Assembly: GCA_964438505.1 (NCBI GenBank)
Contig: CAYTKN010000017.1
Location: forward strand, 331-64,330
Direction of reading: 5' to 3'
Origin: an uncultured Burkholderiales bacterium
GTDB taxonomy: Bacteria > Actinomycetota > Acidimicrobiia > IMCC26256 > JACPCJ01
Length of the DNA: 64,000 nucleotides
The translations under genes were made by a program, and so were the position numbers. Under the pieces are notes generated by a model. It was not told the DNA's origin. It searched no databases and saw only the letters and a program-made list of their open reading frames with translations. Positions 11,266-20,746 of the stretch are shown in pieces. Numbering within the stretch: position 1 is the stretch's first letter; each line of letters opens with the position of its first letter.

Positions 11266-11787
11266 ATGCAGAACAAGCCGACGACGGCTGAGATCGTGAT
11301 TCTCGCGTCGGGAGCCGTCGCCCTGGTCTTCTCGTTCCTCGATTGGGCAGGGATCGGGAGGTTCGGAGCCAGCCCGTGGGACGGGAACCTGTTCTTCCCG
11401 ACGTTCGCCTGGGTGGGCATCTTCGGCGCGGCCATGGCCGTGGTGATCGCCCTCGAGGTGTTCGCCACCGTCAAGCTGCCACAGAAGATCCACAGCTTCA
11501 CCTGGCCGCAGGTACACATCGTCCTCGGCGTCTTCACCGCGCTGCTCACGGTCTCGTTCCTGCTCGGCAAGCCGAGCGGCGCCGACTACCAGATCGGGTA
11601 CTTCATCTCGCTGCTGGCCTCGGCCGGCCTCGTGGTCGGAGCGTTCATGCTCGACAAGGAGCGCCCGCAGGGCGTGCGCCCCGCGTCGCCGCAGGCGAGC
11701 CCCGGAGCCGGCGGTCCGCCCCCGCAGTCGCCCCCGCCCCAGCCCGGTGGAGGAGGCGGAACACCTCCGCCGCCGCCGCCCTCGTAG
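11266..11787 (+). CDS. 4-TM membrane protein with Pro-rich C-terminal tail, possibly Rv0954/DUF5336-like
   Basis: Four hydrophobic segments; GGAGG RBS; TAGACT -10 box at 11223-11228; tail PPPQSPPPQPGGGGGTPPPPPPS. Confidence 0.8.
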   Translation: MQNKPTTAEIVILASGAVALVFSFLDWAGIGRFGASPWDGNLFFPTFAWVGIFGAAMAVVIALEVFATVKLPQKIHSFTWPQVHIVLGVFTALLTVSFLLGKPSGADYQIGYFISLLASAGLVVGAFMLDKERPQGVRPASPQASPGAGGPPPQSPPPQPGGGGGTPPPPPPS

Positions 11788-11805
11788 CCGCGACGGCGCA
11801 CCGGC

Positions 11806-12906
11806 TCACGCCGGGTCGACGCACCCTCGGGAACCCCCGCCGCCACCGGCGGGGGTTTCCCGCGGGTAGGGGGTGGTGAACACGCCACCCGGCCGGTCGC
11901 CGGCGAAGTAGCGCTCGACGGCGCGGACGATCGCTTCGGCCTCGGCCTGGCGGACCTCCCCGCGAGCCAGCAGCGCCTCCTCCTCGGGGTTGGAGATGAA
12001 GGCCGCCTCCGACAAGGTGGCGGCGATGCCCGCCTCGAACGTGCGGCGGATGACCCCGTAGTAGTCACGTCCCGAATCCGAGAGGCGCCACTTCGCCCCG
12101 GCGTCGAGGTCGGCACCGAAGGTGACGTCGTAGCGGGAGTAGGCCGCCAAGACCTCCTCCTGCACGAGTCCGGTCAGGCGCTTCGACTCCTCGGAGCGGA
12201 ACTGGAAGAACGACTCCGTACCGGGCGTGTCGCGCTGCTCGTCGGGCGCGGCGTTGTGGTGCACGGAGACGAACACCTCGGCGTCCGCGTCGATCGCGAC
12301 CTGCACCCGGAAGGCGAGGGTCGCGCGGTAGTCCTGCGTGCGGGTCGCCACCGCGGGGATCCCCCGCTCGGCGAGGAGCCCGAGGGCGCGCTCCACGACG
12401 TCGAGGTTGACCTCCGCCTCCGTCAGCCCGCTGGGGCCGACCGCGCCGGGCTCGTCGCCGCCGTGGCCGGGATCGAGCACCACCCGGAAGGGCCCACGCG
12501 CCCGCCCGGAGCCCAGGTCGACCCACGCCCGGTTGTCGCACGGCGTCATGACGTGGGCGAAGCCGTCGCGGAGCTCGTCGTAGGGGAGGAGCACACCCTC
12601 CCGGATCCGCCCGACCCCCGACCCTCCCGGAGCGTCGAGGAGCTCGACGCCACCCGGCGCGACGTCGAAGACGCCGGTCTCGGGAGCCGGCCCGGGAGCG
12701 GTCGTCGACGTAGACCCGCCCGGATCCGGGCCCGGGGACGTCGCGGTCGGCTCGGTTCCGCCGGCGCCGCCGGCGTCCCCGGCATCTCCGGTGTCGTCGG
12801 TGCCGCAGGCCGCGAGCACCAGGACGAGGATCGTGCACAGCGCAGCGATCCGCGGGAGCGCCGTCTCCCGCCCGCGCCCCCTCCGCTCCGGAGGGCGGCC
12901 GCTCAC
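11806..12906 (-). CDS. N-acetylmuramoyl-L-alanine amidase (Amidase_3), lipoprotein
   Basis: Lipobox VLAAC; [32 protein letters not shown] zinc/catalytic residues present; GTG overlaps the sucD stop. Confidence 0.92.
   Translation of the reverse strand: MSGRPPERRGRGRETALPRIAALCTILVLVLAACGTDDTGDAGDAGGAGGTEPTATSPGPDPGGSTSTTAPGPAPETGVFDVAPGGVELLDAPGGSGVGRIREGVLLPYDELRDGFAHVMTPCDNRAWVDLGSGRARGPFRVVLDPGHGGDEPGAVGPSGLTEAEVNLDVVERALGLLAERGIPAVATRTQDYRATLAFRVQVAIDADAEVFVSVHHNAAPDEQRDTPGTESFFQFRSEESKRLTGLVQEEVLAAYSRYDVTFGADLDAGAKWRLSDSGRDYYGVIRRTFEAGIAATLSEAAFISNPEEEALLARGEVRQAEAEAIVRAVERYFAGDRPGGVFTTPYPRETPAGGGGGSRGCVDPA
11829..11861. terminator. GC-rich hairpin downstream of the 11266 gene, inside the last codons of the convergent amidase
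   Basis: GGGAACCCCCGCCG-CCAC-CGGCGGGGGTTTCCC, one bulged base. Confidence 0.4.
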
Positions 12907-13787
12907 AGCGACTCGACGATCCCCGCCATCGCGCCGCCGATCTCGCTCGGGTTCTTCGCCACCGTGCAGCCGGCGGCCTCGAGCGCCTCGATCTTCGCCG
13001 CCGCGGTGCCCTCACCACCGGAGACGATCGCGCCCGCGTGACCCATCTTCTTCCCCGGGGGTGCCGTCAACCCGGCGATGTAGGCCACGACGGGGATGCT
13101 CATCTCGTCGCGGATGAACGCCGCCGCCTCCTCCTCCGCGGAGCCTCCGATCTCGCCGATCATGATCGCGGCCTTCGTCTCGGGGTCGGCCTCGAACGCG
13201 GCGAGGCAGTCGACGAAGCTCGTGCCCGGCACCGGGTCGCCGCCGATCCCGACACAGGTGGTCTGACCGATCCCCTGCTCGGTCAGCTCGTGCAGCGCCT
13301 GGTAGGTGAGCGTCCCCGATCGGCTCACCACCCCGACCGGACCGCCCTCCAGCGCGATCTCGCCCGGCGTGATCCCGATGTTGCACTGGCCGGGGGTGAT
13401 GACGCCCGGGCAGTTGGGGCCGACGAGCCGGCAGTCCGGGAAATCCCGCGCGAGGCGGTTGTAGAAGATCGCCTCGTCGTGCGCGGGGACGCCCTCGGTG
13501 ATCACGACCACCGTCTCGATGCCCGCCTCGGCGGCCTCGATCACGGCGTCCCGCACCCCCGGAGCGGGGATGAAGACGCAGCTCGCCGTCGCCCCGGTGG
13601 CGTCCACGGCCTCCTGCACCGTGCCGTAGATCGGCACGCCCTCGACGTCGGTGCCCGCCTTCTTCGGGTTGGTCCCGGCGACGACCTTGGTGCCGTAGGC
13701 GCGGTTGCGCATGCCGTGGAAGCGTCCCTGGCTGCCGGTGAGGCCCTGGTAGACGACCTTGGTGCTCTCGTCGACGAAGATGGACAT
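12903..13787 (-). CDS. sucD: Succinyl-CoA synthetase alpha subunit
   Basis: [46 protein letters not shown]. Confidence 0.97.
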   Translation of the reverse strand: MSIFVDESTKVVYQGLTGSQGRFHGMRNRAYGTKVVAGTNPKKAGTDVEGVPIYGTVQEAVDATGATASCVFIPAPGVRDAVIEAAEAGIETVVVITEGVPAHDEAIFYNRLARDFPDCRLVGPNCPGVITPGQCNIGITPGEIALEGGPVGVVSRSGTLTYQALHELTEQGIGQTTCVGIGGDPVPGTSFVDCLAAFEADPETKAAIMIGEIGGSAEEEAAAFIRDEMSIPVVAYIAGLTAPPGKKMGHAGAIVSGGEGTAAAKIEALEAAGCTVAKNPSEIGGAMAGIVESL

Positions 13788-13789
13788 GC

Positions 13790-14947
13790 TCAGCGCCCCC
13801 CGGTTCGGTCGCCCGCGAGCTCGACGGCGCGCCGGGCGGCGTCGAGCATCGTCGGCTCGGTCTGCACGTGCTCGCTCTCGTTGTCGGCCAGGATCTTGCG
13901 GCCCTCGGTGGCGTTCGTGCCGTCGAGTCGCACCACGAGCGGCGACGCGAGCGACACCCGCCCGACCGCCTCCACGATCCCCTCGGCGACCTCGTCGCAG
14001 CGGGTGATCCCACCGAAGATGTTGATCAGGATCGACCGCACGTTCGGGTCGGAGTTGATCACCTCGATGGCGTTCGACAGCAGGTCGGCGCCGGCGCCGC
14101 CCCCGACGTCGAGGAAGTTGGCCGGCCGGCCGCCGGCCTGGTCGACGACGTCGAGGGTGCTCATGACCAGACCAGCGCCGTTGCCGATGATCCCGACGCT
14201 GCCGTCGAGACCGATGTAGTTGAGCCCCTTCTCGCGGGCCATCTGCTCGCGCTCGTCGAGCACCTGGGTCGCCGCGTACTCGCTCCACTCCTCGTGGCGG
14301 TAGGCAGCGTTGGCGTCGAGGGTCACCTTGGCGTCGAGCGCGTGCACCCGGCCGTCGGTCGTCAGGATGAGCGGGTTGACCTCGACGAGGTCGGCGTCTC
14401 CGACGGTGTAGGCCTCGTAGAGCCGTGCGAGCACCTCGACCGTCCCCTCGCGGGCCGCCTCGGCCAGCTCGGCCGCCTCGACCCACTCCCGGCACGCCGC
14501 CTCGGAGAGCCCCTCGACGGGATCGACGTGGATGCGAGCGATCGCCTCGGGGTCGGTCTCGGCCACCTCCTCGATGTCGACGCCGCCCTGCGCGGAGAGC
14601 ATCCCGAGGTGCGTCTTCGCGGAGCGGTCGAGCGTGAAGCTCGCGTAGTACTCCTCCGCGATGTCGCTCGCCCGCTCGATCCAGAGCCGCCCGACCGTGT
14701 GGCCCTTGATGTCCATCCCGAGGATCGACCCGGCGTGCTCGCGCACCTCCTCCTCGGAGTCGGCGAGCTTGATCCCGCCGGCCTTGCCGCGACCGCCCAC
14801 CTGCACCTGCGCCTTCACCACCACGGGGTAGCCGATGCGCTCGGCGACCGAGACGGCGTCGTCGACCGTGTCGGCGACACCTCCGGGCGACACGGGGATG
14901 CCGTACCGCGCGAAGAACTGCTTGCCCTGGTACTCGAACAGGTCCAA
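13790..14947 (-). CDS. sucC: Succinyl-CoA synthetase beta subunit, TTG start
   Basis: [51 protein letters not shown]. Confidence 0.97.
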   Translation of the reverse strand: MDLFEYQGKQFFARYGIPVSPGGVADTVDDAVSVAERIGYPVVVKAQVQVGGRGKAGGIKLADSEEEVREHAGSILGMDIKGHTVGRLWIERASDIAEEYYASFTLDRSAKTHLGMLSAQGGVDIEEVAETDPEAIARIHVDPVEGLSEAACREWVEAAELAEAAREGTVEVLARLYEAYTVGDADLVEVNPLILTTDGRVHALDAKVTLDANAAYRHEEWSEYAATQVLDEREQMAREKGLNYIGLDGSVGIIGNGAGLVMSTLDVVDQAGGRPANFLDVGGGAGADLLSNAIEVINSDPNVRSILINIFGGITRCDEVAEGIVEAVGRVSLASPLVVRLDGTNATEGRKILADNESEHVQTEPTMLDAARRAVELAGDRTGGR

Positions 14948-14956
14948 CGGAGCTCC

Positions 14957-15376
14957 TTACGACTGCGCCAGCCGGGCCTCACGACCGTCGAGGGCCCCTT
15001 CGAGCCACTCCACGATCGACTGCATGGTCGTTCCCGGGGTGAACACCTTCGCCACCCCCGCCTCGTACAGCCGGGGGACGTCGTCCTCGGGGATGATGCC
15101 CCCGCCGAAGACGAGCACCTCACCGACGCCCTGCTCGCTCAACAGCTCCACGACGCGGGGGAACAGCGTCATGTGGGCACCCGAGAGCAGCGACAGGCCG
15201 ATCGCGTCCGCGTCCTCCTGGACCGCGGCGTCGACCACCTGCTCGGGGGTCTGGTGCAACCCGGTGTAGATGACCTCGAACCCGGCGTCCCGGAGCGCGC
15301 GGGCGATCACCTTGGCACCGCGGTCGTGACCGTCGAGACCGGGTTTGGCGATGACGACGCGGTAGCGCCGCTCCAT
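14957..15376 (-). CDS. Stand-alone cobalamin-binding domain, methylmalonyl-CoA mutase C-terminal type
   Basis: [12 protein letters not shown] (DxHxxG), [19 protein letters not shown]. Confidence 0.92.
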   Translation of the reverse strand: MERRYRVVIAKPGLDGHDRGAKVIARALRDAGFEVIYTGLHQTPEQVVDAAVQEDADAIGLSLLSGAHMTLFPRVVELLSEQGVGEVLVFGGGIIPEDDVPRLYEAGVAKVFTPGTTMQSIVEWLEGALDGREARLAQS

Positions 15377-15483
15377 CCGCACCTCCAGTGCACCTCGAGC
15401 GACTGCGCGCAGCGCAGCGTGCAGGATCGGGGTCGCCGACACCATACTCACGGCCAATCCACCCGGACCAACGGCCACCGGAG

Positions 15484-16968
15484 GTGAGCCCGCTGAACCC
15501 GCTGTCCCGCCTGGCCCCGTTCGTCGACGACTTCGAGCCGTGGTCGGGCCCGACCCGAGGCGTGCGCGGCGGCGACCCGCTGTCGTTCCCCGGCTACGCC
15601 GAGGTCCTCGAGCGCGCACGGGAGCGCTCCGGAGCCGACGAGGCGGTCGTCACCGGCCGCGGCTCGCTCGAAGCGGGCGGGGGATCGCGCCTCGATCTCG
15701 CCGTCGTCGCGGGTGTCTTCCCCTTCGTCGGGGGCTCGATGGGCGCGGCGGTCGGCCAGCGCGTCGTGCGCGCCTACGAGCGGGCCCGCCGCGAGCGGCT
15801 CCCCGTGCTCGTCCTCACCGCCACCGGAGGGGCGAGGATGCAGGAGGGGATGGTGGCGCTGGTGCAGATGGCCCGCACCGCCGACGCGGCCCGACGCCAC
15901 GCCGCCGCCGGCCTGCTCCAGGTCGCCCACCTCGGCTCGCCCACCACCGGCGGCGTCTACGCGTCGTTCGCCTCCCTCGCGGACGTGATCTGGGCAGAGC
16001 CGGGCGCCACCATCGGCTTCGCGGGACCCCGCGTCGTCGAGCAGACCACCGGACGGGCGCTCCCCGAAGGCGCCCACAGCGCGGAGTCGGCCCACGCCGC
16101 GGGACTGGTCGACGAGCTGGTCGAGTCCCACCGGGCCCGGCGCCTCCTCGCCACCCTGCTGGCGACCACCCACCTGGCCTCGCACCCCCACGCGGAGGAG
16201 TCCCGGGTGAGCGGCACGCCGGCGCCGCGGCCTCCAGCACCCCCGAGCGGCTCGGCGTGGGAGGAGGTCGAGCGATCCCGCGCGCCCGACCGAGCGTCGG
16301 GGAGGACGTGGACCGAGTCGCTGCTCCCCGAGCGGGTCGAGCTGAGGGGTGACCGCGCCGGAGGTGTCGACCCCGTCGTGGTCGCGGCGATCGGCGTGAC
16401 CGAGGCCGGGACGCCGCTCGCCGCGCTCGGCCTCGACCGCCACGCCGGCGACGGCCGTCCCCGACCGGCCGGCTACCGCGCCGCCCGACGCCTGCTGCGC
16501 CTCGCCGGACGGTTGCGCCTCCCGGTGGCGACCTTCGTCGACACCCCGGGGGCCGATCCGTCGCACGAGTCGGAGACGGGGGGGATCGCCGGCGAGATCG
16601 CCAGGACGTTCGCCACGCTCGGCGCCCACCCGGCACCGACCGCGAGCCTCGTGGTCGGCGAGGGAGGCAGCGGCGGCGCCCTGGCCCTGGCGGCCACCGA
16701 CCGCCTGTGGATGCTCGACGGCTCGACCTTCTCGGTGATCGCGCCCGAGGGCGCCGCCTCGATCCTCCACCGCGATCCGAGCCGGGCTCCGGAGCTCGCC
16801 GGCCGGCTCGGTCTCACCGGCGCGGAGCTCACCGACCTCGGGATCGTCGACGGCGTCGTGGACGAGGCGACGGCGCTCCCCCACCTCGAGCGCTCCCTGG
16901 CCGAAGCCGCGCCCGGCGACGGACGGCGACGGTTCGACGCGGCCACCGAGCGCTGGCTGCACCGGTGA
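15484..16968 (+). CDS. Acyl-CoA carboxylase carboxyltransferase, fused beta/alpha (AccD3-like)
   Basis: [32 protein letters not shown]; second half [29 protein letters not shown]; start may be CTG 15493. Confidence 0.9.
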   Translation: MSPLNPLSRLAPFVDDFEPWSGPTRGVRGGDPLSFPGYAEVLERARERSGADEAVVTGRGSLEAGGGSRLDLAVVAGVFPFVGGSMGAAVGQRVVRAYERARRERLPVLVLTATGGARMQEGMVALVQMARTADAARRHAAAGLLQVAHLGSPTTGGVYASFASLADVIWAEPGATIGFAGPRVVEQTTGRALPEGAHSAESAHAAGLVDELVESHRARRLLATLLATTHLASHPHAEESRVSGTPAPRPPAPPSGSAWEEVERSRAPDRASGRTWTESLLPERVELRGDRAGGVDPVVVAAIGVTEAGTPLAALGLDRHAGDGRPRPAGYRAARRLLRLAGRLRLPVATFVDTPGADPSHESETGGIAGEIARTFATLGAHPAPTASLVVGEGGSGGALALAATDRLWMLDGSTFSVIAPEGAASILHRDPSRAPELAGRLGLTGAELTDLGIVDGVVDEATALPHLERSLAEAAPGDGRRRFDAATERWLHR

Positions 16969-16979
16969 GGATCGGCGGG

Positions 16980-17435
16980 ATGTTCTCCGGCCTCCCTCCG
17001 GCACAGCGCCGGCTGCTGTTCCTCAGCCTCGGCGCCCTCGCGTTGGCGATCGCCTTCGTCGTCCTCGCCGTGATCTTCGCGACCGGACGGCCCGCGGTGC
17101 GCGAGGGCGAGTACGAGCCCTTCGAGGTCGGCGACGCCGCGCGCCTGGCGGAGGCGATCGCACGGGAGCAGCCCCTCTTCTTCGCCGACCCGGTGGGCGG
17201 CGACCGCGGGTTCGCGCTCACCCTCGACGACGGAGCGTTCACGGCGCTCCACGTGGTGCCGCCGGGCGCCTCGTCGGACTGCCCGATCGACTGGAACGAC
17301 AGCGCGGAGACCTTCGAGGACTGCCGGGGACGGCGGTGGGCGACGGAGGAGCTGGCGAGGTTCCCCACGAGCGTGGAAGACGACCTCGTCGTCGTCGACC
17401 TCCGCACCCGTCGAGCCCCGCAGGCCTCCCGCTAG
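16980..17435 (+). CDS. Membrane-anchored hypothetical protein, degenerate Rieske-like
   Basis: N-terminal TM helix; CPIDWN..FEDCRG..W; C-terminal LVVVDL strand; no His ligands. Confidence 0.7.
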   Translation: MFSGLPPAQRRLLFLSLGALALAIAFVVLAVIFATGRPAVREGEYEPFEVGDAARLAEAIAREQPLFFADPVGGDRGFALTLDDGAFTALHVVPPGASSDCPIDWNDSAETFEDCRGRRWATEELARFPTSVEDDLVVVDLRTRRAPQASR

Positions 17436-17539
17436 CAGAGCCCGGTCGCAGAGCCCGGTCGCGGAGCCGGCGGCGGAGTCGGCGGCGGAGTCGGGCTCGC
17501 CGGAGGCTGCGCCGGCGGGTCCGAGCGCTCGGAGCTCGG

Positions 17540-19072
17540 TCAGGTACCGGCGAGGCGCTCGCGCAGCTCCGGCTTGTGGACCTTCCCGGTCCCGGTGCGG
17601 GGGAGCTCCTCGACGAAGCGCACCTCGACGGGCACCTTGTAGTCCGCGAGGTGGGCTGTCGCGAACGCCAGCAGGTCCTCCGCGGCCACGCTGCGGTCGC
17701 CCCCGATCCGGACGAACGCGACCGGCACCTCACCCTTGACGCGGTCGGGGCACCCGACCACCGCGACCTCGGCCACCGCCTCGTGACGCCCGAGCACCTC
17801 CTCGACCTCGGTCGGGTAGACGGAGTAGCCGCCGTGCATCACGACGTCCTTCTTCCTCCCCGCGAAGCGCACCGCGCCCAGGCGACCCTTGCGTGCGAGG
17901 TCCCCGGTGCGGACCCACCCGTCCTCGGTGAGGATCTCGCGGGTGGCGTCCGGCTTCCCGTGGTAGCCCCGCAGCACCGCGGGGCTCTTGACGAGCAGCT
18001 CGCCGACCTCGCCCCGCCCGACCTCGCGGTCCGCGTCGTCGACGACGCGCATGCGGGTGCCGAACACCGAGAGCCCGAGGAGGTCGCCGAGGCCGAGACG
18101 GACACCCGGAGGGGAGATCTTCGCGGTGGCCGCCCCGCCCAGCTCGACCATCCCGTACCCCTGCGCGAACGCGGCCTCCCCCACGGAGCGGCCGAGCACC
18201 GGGAGGGTGGCGGTGGCGCCCATGCGCTTGAAGCGCCGGGCCAGCTCCGCCGGCATCACGTCGGCGGCGCTCACCCACAGGCGCACGCTGCGCAGGTCCC
18301 GCTGCTCCGCTCCGGCTTCGAGGAGCATCCGGTACATGGCGGGAACCCCGACGAAGACCGTCGCCCGCCGCTCCTCGATGGCGTCCAGCACGGCGGAGGG
18401 AGAGAACCGCGGGATCGAGAAGACGGGGATCCCGGCGCCGGCCGCGGCGACGAGCGACGCGAGGCCCATGATGTGGGCGATCGGCAGGGAGAACACCAGC
18501 TCGTCGCGCCGCAGTCCCGACGGCCAGAGCGCGCCCCACGAGGCGGGCTCGACGAGGGCGGTGTGGGAGAGGCGCGCGCCCTTCGGCTGCCCGGTCGTCC
18601 CCGACGTGTAGAAGATCCCGGCCACGTCGTCGCCCGGAGCCACCGCCGGCACCCGGCCGGCGTCGCTGCGATCGAGACGGTCGGCGAGCCACTCGATCTC
18701 GACCACCTCCGCGTCGGCGTCCTCGACGACGTGGTCGACCTCCTCGTCGCGCATCCTCGGGTTGACCGGCACCACCACCCCGCCCGCACGCGACACGGCG
18801 AGGCACGCCAAGAAGAACCCGTAGTCGTTGGGGCCGCGCAGCACCACGCGCCGCCCGCCCGCGCAGCGCGACGCCAGCACGCCGGAGGCCCGCGCGACCA
18901 CGTCGGCGGCCTCCTCGAACGACAGGACCCGCGTGCCGGTGAGCCCGACGGGCGAGTCCTGCTCGACGAGGCGGTCCCCGCCGTGGACGGTCGCCAGACG
19001 GTCGAGCAGCTCGCCGAGGGGCACCCGACCGCGCAGCAGCCGCGCACGCGTGCTCGTCCTGCTCGGGCTCAC
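17540..19072 (-). CDS. Long-chain acyl-CoA ligase (ANL family)
   Basis: YTSGTTGQPKG, QGYGMVE, VRTGDL, GRKKDV, PRTGTGK; GGAGG before GTG 19072. Confidence 0.93.
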   Translation of the reverse strand: MSPSRTSTRARLLRGRVPLGELLDRLATVHGGDRLVEQDSPVGLTGTRVLSFEEAADVVARASGVLASRCAGGRRVVLRGPNDYGFFLACLAVSRAGGVVVPVNPRMRDEEVDHVVEDADAEVVEIEWLADRLDRSDAGRVPAVAPGDDVAGIFYTSGTTGQPKGARLSHTALVEPASWGALWPSGLRRDELVFSLPIAHIMGLASLVAAAGAGIPVFSIPRFSPSAVLDAIEERRATVFVGVPAMYRMLLEAGAEQRDLRSVRLWVSAADVMPAELARRFKRMGATATLPVLGRSVGEAAFAQGYGMVELGGAATAKISPPGVRLGLGDLLGLSVFGTRMRVVDDADREVGRGEVGELLVKSPAVLRGYHGKPDATREILTEDGWVRTGDLARKGRLGAVRFAGRKKDVVMHGGYSVYPTEVEEVLGRHEAVAEVAVVGCPDRVKGEVPVAFVRIGGDRSVAAEDLLAFATAHLADYKVPVEVRFVEELPRTGTGKVHKPELRERLAGT

Positions 19073-19273
19073 GGCTCGCACCTCCTCGGCTCCGCCCCGA
19101 CCGCGCTCCGACCGCCTCAGCGTACGGGCAGACGGGGCCACCCGGCCCAACCACCGTCCCCCGCCCCCCGAACGGAACCCCGGCATGGCCCGAACGGGTG
19201 GTTCCGACAACCACCCTCATCACCCCGAGCGCCCGTGCCGACGCGAACCAGCAGGAGACGGAAGGGGACGACG

Positions 19274-20014
19274 ATGCGGACGATCGTGGAGAGCTTCGAG
19301 GACACGGGAACGGGAAGCGCCGCGAGGACGCGACCGGTCGTGTTGATCCCCGGCTTCGAGGGAGCGCACCGCGGGTGGACCCTGCTGCGCCGCAGGCTCG
19401 AGCGGGCAGGGTTCCACGACGTCGGCATCGTCGACCGGCTCCCCACCGACGTCGACGTCCCGCACCGGGCGGACCGCCTCGCCCGCCACGTCGAGACGCT
19501 CCGCTCGCTCACCGGCGCCGAGTCCGTCCACCTCGTCGGCCACAACATCGGCGGCATCGTGGCGCGGTACTACGTGCAGGTCCTCGGCGGCGACCACGCC
19601 ACCGAGAGCGTCACCACCGTCGGCACCGCGCACGGCGGGACCCGGGTCACCCTGTCGGGCACGGGATCGGCGGCCGCGCAGCTCCGCCCCGGCTCGAGCG
19701 TGATGCGCCACCTCGAGGAGTCGACCCGCCCGATGCGGGTGACCTTCCTCAACTACTTCTCCGACCGCGACGTCTTCGTCGATCCCGTCGGCGCCGCCAT
19801 GCTGCGTGAGCCCGTGCTGCGCGCCACCAATTTCCTGGTGACCGGGCACGGGAACCTCAGCGTGACGCTCCCGGCGCAGGTGGCGCGCTCCATCGCCCAC
19901 GAGATCGCGACCCGGGACTCGACCCACGGCGACGCGCACGCCGTGCTCCCCGGTGTCGTGGTGCACCTCGACGACGAGCACGTACGGGCTCCGGCCACCC
20001 CTGCGAGCGCCTGA
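19274..20014 (+). CDS. Lipase/esterase-fold protein with GHNIGG in place of GHSxGG
   Basis: RPVVLIPG, VHLVGHNIGGIVARYY, TVGTAHGGT, SDRDVFV, TGHGNL. Confidence 0.85.
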   Translation: MRTIVESFEDTGTGSAARTRPVVLIPGFEGAHRGWTLLRRRLERAGFHDVGIVDRLPTDVDVPHRADRLARHVETLRSLTGAESVHLVGHNIGGIVARYYVQVLGGDHATESVTTVGTAHGGTRVTLSGTGSAAAQLRPGSSVMRHLEESTRPMRVTFLNYFSDRDVFVDPVGAAMLREPVLRATNFLVTGHGNLSVTLPAQVARSIAHEIATRDSTHGDAHAVLPGVVVHLDDEHVRAPATPASA

Positions 20015-20043
20015 ACCGACGGCGCGGGGACTCCGCGCGAGCG

Positions 20044-20739
20044 CTACTCCGCCACGATCACCTCGTCGACGTCGGAGCGCTCGGCCAGGTCCGCCAGGAC
20101 GGGTCCGAGCTCCCGTCCCCGCTCCGAGTGCACCGCCGCGTCGATCACCAGGACACCGGAGTCGGGGTCCTCGTCGATCTGGACGCGCCGCACGTGCACG
20201 CCCTCCATCACGTGGAGCGCCGTGACCACCTCGCCTGGGTCCGCGCCCGCGAGGAGGCGCACCGTCACCTCCTGCTCGTCGTGGGAGAGACGCCGGCGCA
20301 GCACCCTGCGGACGCTGCGGAGCCCCACCAGCGACACCAGCAGGGCGCCCGTCCCGGCGACGGCCGCCGCGTAGTACCCGATCCCCGCGGCGAGCCCGAT
20401 CGCCGCGGTCGTCCACAGCGACGCGGCGGTGGTGAGCCCCCGGATCGACCCGGTCTGCTTCAGGATCGCTCCGGCGCCGAGGAACCCGACACCGACCGCC
20501 ACCTGCGAGGCCACGCGCGTGACGTCGATGCGGACGTTGGTCTCCGGCGTCTCGCCCGTGAAGGGGTCGAAGCCGTGGATCGAGATCACCCCGAAGAGGG
20601 TCGCTCCCAGCGCGAGGGCCACGTGGGTGCGGAAGCCGGCCGGCTGGCCCGACACCTCCCGCTCGGCGCCCACGGACCCGCCGAGGGCGACGGCCAGGGC
20701 GACACGGCCCACCAGCTCGGCGGTGGAGAGCTCCAGCAT
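20044..20739 (-). CDS. MgtC/SapB family membrane protein
   Basis: GAERE..AGFRTH, RVASQVAVGVGFLGAGAI, GLTTAASLW; C-terminal ACT-like domain. Confidence 0.93.
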   Translation of the reverse strand: MLELSTAELVGRVALAVALGGSVGAEREVSGQPAGFRTHVALALGATLFGVISIHGFDPFTGETPETNVRIDVTRVASQVAVGVGFLGAGAILKQTGSIRGLTTAASLWTTAAIGLAAGIGYYAAAVAGTGALLVSLVGLRSVRRVLRRRLSHDEQEVTVRLLAGADPGEVVTALHVMEGVHVRRVQIDEDPDSGVLVIDAAVHSERGRELGPVLADLAERSDVDEVIVAE

Positions 20740-20746
20740 CGTGGCC

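Noticed and set aside
15377-15483. Cobalamin riboswitch before the B12-binding gene
   Set aside because: The 107-nt divergent spacer is too short and has no B12 box
17336-20014. 892-aa fusion ending in the lipase domain
   Set aside because: The upstream part is antisense to the acyl-CoA ligase; the real start is ATG 19274 with a GAAGGGGA RBS
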